Source: Macrostomum lignano (taxonomy: Eukaryota). Taken from it: a stretch of 31,434 bases of DNA. The stretch is from contig NIVC01004918.1 in assembly GCA_002269645.1 (NCBI GenBank), positions 1 to 31,434 of the forward strand. The letters are read 5' to 3'. Every line of letters begins with the position of its first letter. Within the stretch, counting starts at the first letter, position 1. Shown piece by piece: positions 11,612 to 20,900 of this stretch. Position numbers and translations under genes: made by a program. A model generated the notes under the pieces. It made no database searches and was not told the DNA's origin. It worked only from the letters and a program-made list of their open reading frames with translations.

Positions 11612-11612
11612 G
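11181..11612. repeat. (GACA)n microsatellite, ~430 bp, intronic
   Basis: Read directly; source of the RQTD / SVCL ORFs. Confidence 0.97.
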
Positions 11613-11657
11613 GATTGCACAGAGACAGCAGTATAAAGCATTATGCACCTCCCTCAG

Positions 11658-11878
11658 GCGGTGTGCCATACGTCAAGCGAGTCACCGTGCAGTGGCAGTT
11701 CGTGCAGCCGGGCCCCCTGCCCGATCAGATCATGCCGGCCATCGGTCGGGTCGAGGACGCCCTGCGGCACTTGAAAAGTGGCGTCACTCAGGCCGAAGCA
11801 ATGATGAGGAGGCAGCATAATAGCAATAAGATCAGAAGTTATAATAGTTTAAAGGAAGATAAAAAGTTTACGCGAAAG
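11658..11878 (+). CDS. Exon D of the orphan gene
   Basis: Acceptor CCCTCAG|11658 and donor AAAG|GTAAGT (11879). Phase 1 to 0; GVPYVKRVTVQWQF...KKFTRK. Confidence 0.85.
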
Positions 11879-12218
11879 GTAAGTATAGGCTACTTTTGTG
11901 TTGTTTAATGATGATGGCGTAGGCGCCCACTGGCATTTGGCAATGGGGAGTTGCAGTTCCGGAGCTGAAAAATCTCGTTCATTGATTTTGTCTACTCATC
12001 TGATACTTGCGATATGACAGCTGAAACGTATTCTATAATAGTTTGGAATTTAGATGCATAAAAGTTTGTTCTTGTTAAAAAGTTGGACAAGGGTACTTGG
12101 CTTCTCTGCCAAGATTCTCTGCAGATTTAGCGGTTAATAGTTTGTCATGGGAGGGAACTTTTACCCAATTGATAGTATGTAGCTTTGTTCATACTAAATT
12201 CAACTAAACAAATTTCAG

Positions 12219-13139
12219 TTCAAGCGAAAGGAAGCCGTCCTCCAGGCTTGCAAGGAGACCCTACGGCAGACGCAGTTCGCAGACGCCACCGACAAGCTTA
12301 TCCGACTGTCAGTCAAGTGTCAGCATCAGCTGCTCAAATCGCACCTGTCCACAGAGAAGCGCCGATCTGGCCTATTCATCGAAGAATTCACCGATGTGAA
12401 CTTCAACGTTCAAATCGAGTCGCCGGCAACTTCGAGTTTCGCGGCGGTCTACTCGCCCCTGGTGAACCGATTTCGCTGTTTGGTGTTCAGAGTCAAATTG
12501 TCCGACCCGTTCGCTACCAAACTGACCAAGCTGATGACTGACTCGTTTAATCAACGAATGAAACACAGAAGGCGCTCAACTAAGAAAGTTTATCGATTAG
12601 TGAAGAAGCTGATTGAGACCAGGCTATTGGCTACACTGTCCATGACAGAACTGCCTACCAACGCCAGACAGGGCTTCGTGAAGTTCATACCGCGAACCAA
12701 CGGAACTCAATCGGCAATGAGGCCAATCTCTGCCAGGCCGCAGCGTCGCAGCTTCGGTCGGCGACGACGGCGGCGGCCGCTGCGGCACAGGCAGCGGCGA
12801 TTCAGAAAAAGGCTAAAAAAGTTTTTAAAAAGACACACAATGCTGCAAGACATCATCAGCGAACTGAAGTTGGAGTTTGATAGCTTCAATAAAAGCTTGT
12901 CAGACAGCTTGTCCGGTTCAAGGACTCCCAACAGCGAGGCCACTGGTTGGACGCCAAGATTTTCGATGGACTTGAAAACAGATCCGATCAATCCGCTGCC
13001 AATGGAGTACCTGGCTGTGTACGTTTACGCGGCGCCCGTGTCTCGGTTAAGTCGGCCGGGGCCGCACCGGAGACCCTACTCGCTGTTTGGCTTTAAAATT
13101 GATGGATATATTTCTTCGGCAAAACTGAGGCGCATGTGA
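12219..13139 (+). CDS. Terminal exon E of the orphan gene; polybasic region
   Basis: Acceptor TTTCAG|12219, phase 0. 306 open codons (FKRKEAVLQACK...KLRRM) to TGA; AATAAA at 13279-13284. Confidence 0.85.
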   Translation, partial: FKRKEAVLQACKETLRQTQFADATDKLIRLSVKCQHQLLKSHLSTEKRRSGLFIEEFTDVNFNVQIESPATSSFAAVYSPLVNRFRCLVFRVKLSDPFATKLTKLMTDSFNQRMKHRRRSTKKVYRLVKKLIETRLLATLSMTELPTNARQGFVKFIPRTNGTQSAMRPISARPQRRSFGRRRRRRPLRHRQRRFRKRLKKFLKRHTMLQDIISELKLEFDSFNKSLSDSLSGSRTPNSEATGWTPRFSMDLKTDPINPLPMEYLAVYVYAAPVSRLSRPGPHRRPYSLFGFKIDGYISSAKLRRM

Positions 13140-13425
13140 GACAGTGACAGACATTGCAATCCGCACGCGCTCAAAGGGATTTTTTGATTAGGCGAGCTGC
13201 TGAATTTTATGAACCTTAGAAACTTGGGATGTATGAAAACTGAAATGGCTGAAAGGTAGGGCATTTGTTAAAGTCAGGAATAAAACTCAGATGTTATCAG
13301 CAGAAGACTATTGGTTACACCAAGGACAGAATGAACTCAGATGTACTCTGAGGGAACTTGCTGTGCATATATTTATATACACAGCATGAACACAACGATG
13401 CTACCTTTGTGCAGTTAGCCATGAA

Positions 13426-13697
13426 GGGGTTGTAACCTAGTGATTAGAGCGTCAGACTCACGACTGAAACGTCGGGGGTTCGATTCTCGACCCACCCAGG
13501 ACAATTTAGACAACTTAACTTTGCATTGCTTCAGTTCACCCAGCTGTAAAATGGGTGCCAGCATTAGCTGGGGTAATTGAGGGGGTGTGAGTCGACCCCC
13601 CAGCCCTCGGACTGAACAGCCGTACGCAGCCTTCAGATGCGCAGCGCAATAGCTGCGGCTGAGCTGTCGGTTGCACATCTGCCCATTACTGCCCATA
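13426..13697 (+). mobile_element. tRNA-derived SINE carrying a CORE-like domain
   Basis: A-box TAACCTAGTGA (13433) and B-box GGTTCGATTCT (13477), with a degenerate anticodon arm (8-nt loop). Then ACTTAACTTTGCATTGCTTCAGTTCACCCAGCTGTAAAATGGG (~13513-13555), which resembles the MIR/CORE consensus ACTTAACCTCTCTGTGCCTCAGTTTCCTCATCTGTAAAATGGG as I recall it. Short repeated TGCCCAT tail. Confidence 0.75.
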
Positions 13698-15744
13698 CTT
13701 AGCTCGTATATACTTTAGCTGAAAATTCTGTAGTTATAGCAATTTTTTCCGTTTGATTAAGGCATAGACAAATAGATAAATTTTTATCTTTAATGACGAT
13801 TCGGCAGCAAGTCTAACTCAACCCCTGAAGTGTAATGCAACTTCAGATTTTCCGTACATTCGTGCGCACGAAACCATGTGCGTCTGAAACTGTAGAGCAG
13901 TTTTTGCGCCAAGTTTCACCTGCGGCACTTGCATATAACCTCCCCAACGGACAGCAGCAAATCGTTAATGAATTCCGGTGAATGAAAAAAATTGACACAT
14001 AAAGCAACCGAGCGACGCACTTTTGAACAAAGTGGATAAAAAATTAACATTTCAGCAACTCCTGTTGTTTTAGCCACTTTCCCGTAAGAGTACATAGTTT
14101 TAGTTTCCTCATTGACGTGTCTAACAAAAACTGCTTCAAGTTGATCGCGCGCATTGTTCGATAATCTAGTTATCCATTCGAAGTTTCCATTGGCGTTTAA
14201 AGCTTTGTATTTTTTTAATTAATATCATTTTGAACGGAAAAATTATATTTTTGGTAGATCTTCCAGGGGAGAACTACTCGTAATAATTCTGAGAATAGTT
14301 GCCGACGACCAAGACACAATTATAAATGAGCTAAAATTTTGTTGTTTCGTCAATGCTACCTTTATTTTTGTGTTATTACTCGCGCATTATATTATCTCGC
14401 TCTTGTTTCGGAATTGTAACCGCATTTGCATTTTTGTCGATACATTTAAATTTCTATATAATGCCTCCCCGCAATGCCGTGCATACGAAAACAAATTTCC
14501 TGAAAACAGCCATCCGTATTGACTTTTTGTGAAACAATCGACTAGACTGACTACTACCTCAATCGCGCTTGCGAAAATGCATACCTGTTTTTGTGAACTC
14601 AGTGAGCTATATTATATGAATAGTTATGCAGTGTGCAGTAACGTTGAATTTTGAGGATTAAAAGAAGCCGGGAAAGTCACGATAGATAATTCAACTCTTA
14701 GAAATAATTATAGAACGTCTAAACTGTTTTTTTTCATTTTTACTCTTTTTATTCCTAATGAGAATCGTTTATACAATCAATTTTCAAGTATTTTTCGCAG
14801 CCGCTTTTGTGTGTGATTGAAACATTTCTTTTCATTCTCGTAAAGAAACTGTTTCAGTTGAGAACCAGAGCCTCGGGTTCAAGCGTATCTTTAAGTAATA
14901 CGACGGCCCTATGCACTCTTGCTAATGTCAAAGGGATGTAGCAGCAGCAGCAGCATCTTAACATGTATAATAATTTTACTATATTTTCGTTCTTTTGCTC
15001 TTTTCGCTTTTTTGCGCCCCGTATTAAAACAAACCGGCTTTGTGTTGCCGCTTGCAGCGAACCAGTGCGCAAGCGATTATAAATAAATGCATACAATAAT
15101 AACCCATTGTCATGTGCATATGCAGCATTAATTTCATAGAATTTCTCTGTTAATCTGCTCATATATCATTTTTCATAAACTGAAATTCGAACACGGAGTT
15201 TAGCTTGTTAAAGATTAAGGATCTGTATGATGTATTGTAGCTACATAAATTGTAAAAAAATGACGACAAAGACTTTGGTAGTTTTTGGTAAAAGTACTTT
15301 TGTTTAGAAAGCGGTGAATAGAGCATGTCAAGAGTTAGCCAGTGCGTTAGTTCCAAGTTTATTGCTGTTTTCACAAATAGAATTGGGATAATAAAAAATG
15401 CGACAATACAGCTGCCAAGTATGTGACGTTCGGTGTACGCAGAAATAAAATTACATAGATTTTACTTGTAGGTGGGTACTTCGGGATAAATTGACGACAG
15501 AATATACGGATTGCAAGCTGGAGAACCGATCGACATTCGTTGCGGGACTTCTATTAATGTTATTAATCGTTTTTCGTCCATCTAGTCATCGCCACGATTC
15601 GACACGCATCAGCGCCGACGATTTGATTTCAATCTTCGACTTCTATCGGTTTCGTACTCCAACTGCAGGTCGGACACAGACATGAGCTCCCTAGTTTGCG
15701 GCTGGTCGGCCTGACTCGATTGCGCAATTGGACGATTCATTTGA

Positions 15745-16208
15745 AAAGCGGAATTATTAGACAGGCTAGCGGCCGATTTTCCAGCAGTTGTTGACGAGAC
15801 CAGACTAGCCGAACTCCGGGAATCGGCGGCGGCTCTTTCCAGTCTGGAACGGCGCGGGTCCAATGCGGACAGCAAAGCCTCGAGATTGTGCACCACCATT
15901 GCTAGAGAGCCGGGTGGCAGGTCGGAAGATGACTGGCCTGCGTTCGGATCAGATGAGATTATTTTTGCGTAACACTAATAATTAAGCAGAATGCGTGAAC
16001 AACTCTGCCCTGAACATATTCAAAGAGAGAATCTACTCATGGATGATGTAAAAAATAAAAACTAACCAGATCTGTGTTCAGAAGCTCGAGGCCGACGAAT
16101 ATCTTTGCGCAGTTTAGACGTGTTGGAATATTGCGATTGACGGCGCAACTCGTGGCGACTATCGACACCAATGCTTGGCTTGTTGGAGAAATTGCTGCAA
16201 CTGTCTTT
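15745..16208 (+). CDS. Candidate upstream exons (to 15968; 16070-16208) of a second hypothetical + strand gene
   Basis: Open protein-like frame KAELLDRLAADFPAVVDETRLAEL... ending at phase-2 donor GC|GTAACA; CTAACCAG|16070 acceptor continues in phase. The 5' part needs a 1-nt frameshift at 15744-15747 and the last donor (GTGTAC) is weak. Confidence 0.3.
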
Positions 16209-16894
16209 GTGTACTAGAGATGGATACGGAGGGAGTGGTGTGCATCTATAAAGTTTGTAAAGCTAAGCGGCACATGGTTAACGTTTATTTCCAGGGCAAG
16301 ATTGGATATTAATTTCAATGGCGATCGTTCAGCACACGAAATTAGGGGTTTTCTCTGGACAAGATTGCATGTATATTATTCTTCTTGCTTCTTACCCAAG
16401 TCATCTGGGTACTTGGGTCATTTCAGGGTCGTTGCAGGTAAAACAGGAAAGAAGAAGTGCCTCTAGACGACTTTAAAACGACGAGATGTCACGCTACAAG
16501 TTGCCAAAAAGTCGTCAGAGTCGCCCAAGAGTCAATTTGAGGCGTTTTTGTCTGCGATTTTAGGCGTGCTAGAGTGGCTTTAGAATCACTGGGTTGCGGC
16601 TAAAGTGCAGCTGCGTCTCTTTATGAATTAGAATCGCATTTCGCATTTATAACAACTCCATCTAGTCTACTTGAGTTAGTAGAAGGCTAAGCGCTAATAC
16701 AGCGACACAGTGATGCTCTCATGACTCAACAGTCGCATTACAGTCGTTGGAGTCGTTAAAAAGTCACAAGAGTCACCCCAGAGTAATGAGCTGTTTGCAA
16801 TGACTCTTTAGCGATTCTTGTCACGGTAAAGTTTTAAACAGGTTAATGTTCATTAAGACCCGGTTATTACTTTTCATTCCTAATTCCTGTGCAG

Positions 16895-17561
16895 CAACCT
16901 ATATCGACCGACGTTTCCAAAATCTCGACGTCGCTGGCAAATTGGTACTTCTACAACATCGACAATTACAATTGCACCGACGTTCGGTCGACCTATAATG
17001 TTGTTATGCGTCGGCATAGTGTAAAAATACTTTCATTTGCCAGCGACGTCCATGTACGTTGTCATCGTCGAATGTTGCACAAAATTGCAGATGCTATGCA
17101 GGACTACACAGTAACAATAGAATATGCGTTAATGCATCAGCTACCTCTCGAGGATTTAGAAGTGCGACCAACGCCGAGTTTGCTCCAACTGCATCCGGTA
17201 ACAGCGTCGCGATTGTTGTTATCCTTGTTCAAATCGGCGGCCTTCGAGACTTGCGCGTTAGATCTCGCTGGCAATTCAACACCTGTGATTTTTGCATTAG
17301 CCGGAACGGGAGACTCCGAGATGGAATCGGCTCTGCTTTCGGTGCCTGGAATTTATCGAAAAAATTTACGACTAAGCCATACTCATATGAATAGATTTCT
17401 ACTGAGAAATGTGTAGCTATTTAAAAATACTTGTTTTTGTTTAGGTATCAGAATCCGTCGAACATCTGACAGAAAGACTCCGGAAGACCACAGAACAGTT
17501 AAAGCATGTTGACGGACCCTATAAACGAAGCTCTAAATGCAGCACCCTAACAGACTGCTAA
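16895..17561 (+). CDS. Last two exons (16895-17341, 17445-17561) of a hypothetical protein
   Basis: Acceptor CCTGTGCAG|16895 followed by 149 open codons. Possible donor TCG|GTGCCT, then an AT-rich 103-nt intron and strong acceptor TTGTTTTTGTTTAG|17445. In-phase terminal exon VSESVEHLTERLRK...TDC*. Confidence 0.5.
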
Positions 17562-17772
17562 TAATGCAGTCTTAATGTCTTTAAATCGTAGATAATCTAG
17601 ATTACGAATTCTGCTCACTAAGGATCTTACTGAATCTATAGGCACCAGTTTATATCCTATCGGCAAGTAAATTTACATCAAAAGAGCAGCATAATAGCAT
17701 AACTAGATATAATACCATAACACTGCCAAAACAATACTAAGATTAAGACGACAAAAACCAGGAAAGCAAAAG

Positions 17773-18219
17773 CTACTGACATATGTCGGCCGCATCCAAG
17801 ATCAGTTGAGGTTTTCTTCGAGAGCTAGCAGCGCGATTACAATCGGGACTCTCAGACGTTTCCGCGCGATAATCGGGCACAGTTCGAGCGCAATTGTTTC
17901 GACCTAGATTTTGACTGTCGCCTTGTACTTTTGGTTTGTCAACAGCCCGCAGTACCGGGTGCAGAGTAAGCCGGCCGCACCGGTCATGAGTGGCAAACAC
18001 GGACAGGTCAAATCCAATCGACAGAGGCACGCTGCTCAACTTGGTGCTCCAATTATCTGCCGATAAATCTGCTTGATGATGCTGTTTTTTTTCGCTGCTC
18101 TGCGTCTGCTGCTGCTGCTGGTGGTGTTGCTGCGCAGAAGGCGGCTCTTGATTTGAAAACGACGAGCAAGACAGTTCAGCGTCCTGCTTTGCTCTACCGC
18201 TTTCAACTAGCGCGGTCAT
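17773..18219 (-). CDS. Hypothetical 148-aa ORF or first exon with a polyQ tract
   Basis: AAAAG-ATG start context; QQHHQQQQQ tract; possible donor GTCAGT just before the stop. No recognisable domain. Confidence 0.4.
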   Translation of the reverse strand: MTALVESGRAKQDAELSCSSFSNQEPPSAQQHHQQQQQTQSSEKKQHHQADLSADNWSTKLSSVPLSIGFDLSVFATHDRCGRLTLHPVLRAVDKPKVQGDSQNLGRNNCARTVPDYRAETSESPDCNRAASSRRKPQLILDAADICQ

Positions 18220-18710
18220 CTTTTATTGTTGTCTCTTAGCTAGTTGCCGGTTAAAGTGCACTTGGTTCGCGCTATACTGATAGTTCAACCTCAGGTCGCT
18301 CTTGTAGTCTTTTTTACGTAGAGATCAGAGCTTGATTTCTTTTATGCTAAAAATCTATACTGGAAGAAATGTCTATGGTATAAATCATATGTATTTACGT
18401 TTTCCCTGATTTTACAAAGAAAAATGAGTGAGACGGTCGGTCAAGTGGGCAGAAACAGTATCGATTTAACAGCATGCGAAATATATAACAGCAGACTCGT
18501 TCACACCGTTCGCCGTCAAATGCGGTCATTTTTCTGTAATCACACAGCCTGTAAATTTTTTTCATAAATTTTATAGCTATCAGTCGTACAATTTGATTAC
18601 CACTTTTAACAATCCTTAAGACTATAAAATGCACTTTTGATCCTAAAACTAGGTTGTACTGACTCCTGAAACTTAGACTCTTATGGTGGCTATGCAATCG
18701 TGACCACTCT

Positions 18711-19880
18711 ATGCACCTGCACAAATGGCTTGGTGTCTTCGCTGACTTTGTAGAAAACAAAGGCTGGGACGGGGTACAATCTGCTTCGAAGCTGAAGCCG
18801 AAGCTGTTGCATGATAAAGCCCAGATCTGCGTTTGGGATCTACCGGGATCTGATAGGAAAAGCTACAAAAAGATAAAAGCGGTGCAACAAAAGCAGTTTG
18901 GTGGAGCAAGTAGTCAGCATCGCGCCATGGAAGAGTTCCAAGATCGACGGAGAAACAGCGCAGAAACACTGCAAGAGCTTTCGTATTCCTTAAAGCTGCT
19001 GTACATGACAGCCATCAGACCATCAGGCTGCTTTCGGTGCGACAAGGAAGGTCACATCGCTCGCCGGTGGCCTGCTGGCGGATCTCAGGGCCGAGGTCAC
19101 TGCTCCAACTGGTCCGGCTAGGGTCACAGCGCGGCCGTCTCTCCATCAAAGGTTTGGCCGTCGGGAAACTTCTGAAGGTTAGTGGCGAAGAGCCAGCTCC
19201 AATCCGCAATCAAGTGCCCAATGAGCACTCTCCATCTTCATGCAAGCAGTGGCTGCAAGCGACATCACTGCCGTCGAGGCCATGGGATACGGTCCAGATC
19301 AATATCAAAGGTCCGCTGTCAAGGACGCCACAAGACAACATTAATGTGCTGAGCAGGTGGCCGACGCTCTGGTCAGGCAGGTAGGGCTTCGGCAGGGCAT
19401 TCCAGACGCAATCCACAGCGACTAAGGGTGTCAATTCGAAAGCCAACTGTTCCTGTCTCTGTGCCAGCGGCGCGCGCATTTTCTATCTCAGCGGCGGTTG
19501 TGGCCGAGGATTAAGACGACCTTTATCAACTCGCCTTTGTCACGTGGCCCTTCAACAGCTCAGTGCACTCTAGCATGGGTCTGTCGCCGAACCAGACGCT
19601 GCACGGATGGCCACAAAGGCTGCCAATCGACGCCAAACTGCACAGCACGACTTCACTGATGCGCTGGACTTTGCAGAGGCAACTCAGCCGGGCGCATGTT
19701 TATCAGCAGTTGCAGGGGTCACAGGCCGAGCGCAACGAGCGTAAAACATGGAAACTCGGTTTCGACCGTACAGGAGGGCGACCTGGTGATGCTGAGCTGC
19801 AAGGTGGTGAAACCTGACAGATCAAAAGCCTCAGTAACGGCTAGACCGGGCCGTCATCATCTTGAAGAAGGTACTCGCAC
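18711..19880 (+). mobile_element. Degenerate, internally deleted Ty3/Gypsy LTR retrotransposon (gag + integrase remnants)
   Basis: Gag-like ORF ending in a broken zinc knuckle CFRCDKEGHIARRW. Integrase motifs PSRPWDTVQINIKGPL, VADALVRQVGLRQGIPDAIHSD*GCQFESQLFLSLC, FNSSVHSSMGLSP...RLPID and QEGDLVML. No protease/RT/RNase H or LTRs recognised. Confidence 0.85.
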
Positions 19881-19949
19881 GTGGATTTTAGAGATGGCAT
19901 CCATTGCAGCAAAGGTTTATTTTGGCGAAAGCAAGTTATCACCACTTTT

Positions 19950-20900
19950 TACGAAAATCTGAATCCATTTGCTGCCATTTAGGTTGTGCATTAATATGCC
20001 TGCCAGGCTCGGAGAAATGCAGCAATCGAGTGCCCTCTCTCAAGTGTCGGCAGAATGTCTCAAAGCTCGCATTCACTGGCGCATACCTAGCATGCACTTG
20101 TGGTGGGGTGGTGGGTGACAGGTTGGCTTGGTGCACTTGCTGCTTTAGATGCTGCACCCGCTCTGCGTCACGCTAAAGTGCGGTCAGCAGAAGATAGAAA
20201 TTCGGCACTTTCTCACCACGCTATTTGAACTGCGCATGCCAAGCCTAGGTGGCATAACTGCAGGGCTGTCCCGGAGGGGACTGGGAAGCGCGTCGAACAT
20301 ACCGCAACCTAGGTGCCATAGGTTAGCGGAATGGGCGCCGCGCCTTCCCGGTCCCACACAGGGTACTGTAGTCAGGTTGCATGCACATATTCTGTCAGCT
20401 CTAACAAGGCGCTGATTCGCTCTTGCCATTGCTGCAAGGCCATCCAGCATGCAAGGAAAAGGCGGACAAGGAATTGAAAGCAGCATGCGTACCAATAACT
20501 TGAATGCAGGGGTAGTTGCATACTGCACCTGCAATCCAATGGTCTGGGCTTGCCTAAAAACAGCCCAATAATAATGACAAAAACTACCACAGACTTGGGC
20601 TGCCAGATAAAATGGCTTGCCAGGTGGCCTACTCAAAGTTGCAAATAAACTGGACAGGTGCATTACCTATCAACTCCCATACCTGCTGGAATCAGGCCTG
20701 GTAGTCAGCCTGAGCCTTATCTGACATCAGAAAAAATGTCAATGGTACCAGGCACTCTTGGTTATCAAAGCGAATAGCTGTACAACTGAATTAAAGTATA
20801 GCAGAATGCATCCAGAGGACAGGATCTCACACTGTTATAGACATGAAGACAAAGTGCTGTCTATTTGTTTCTGGCATAGTAACATCTTGCAAATGAAACT
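19950..20900 (-). pseudogene. Fossil Mutator/MULE DDE transposase
   Basis: Across stops and frameshifts: IDSTL (DGTF-like), QLYS, LVPLTFFLMSDK, FICNFE*ATWQAI (DFE motif), GSFCHYYWAVFRQAQTIGL...FKLLVRMLLSIP (C-x2-H region), YAT*AWHAQFK and PNFYLLLTAL. The order is colinear with MULE transposases. Confidence 0.75.

Noticed and set aside
10998-11820. RQTD / SVCL repeat ORFs (also 30088-30882)
   Set aside because: Translations of (GACA)n microsatellites.
13426-13500. Functional tRNA gene
   Set aside because: The anticodon loop is 8 nt, the acceptor stem is poor, and the sequence continues into a SINE body.
13600-13697. SINE tail derived from the RTE element in this window
   Set aside because: No visible similarity to the RTE 3' region (22940-23200).
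16390-16830. MITE-like segment with an ACCCAAGT/ACTTGGGT hairpin and GAGTC/GTCGT motifs
   Set aside because: No matching terminal repeat or TSD could be identified.
18600-18710. LTR and primer-binding site for the Gypsy remnant (TGGTGGCTA at ~18685)
   Set aside because: Only a short TGGTGGC match, and no paired direct repeat was found downstream.
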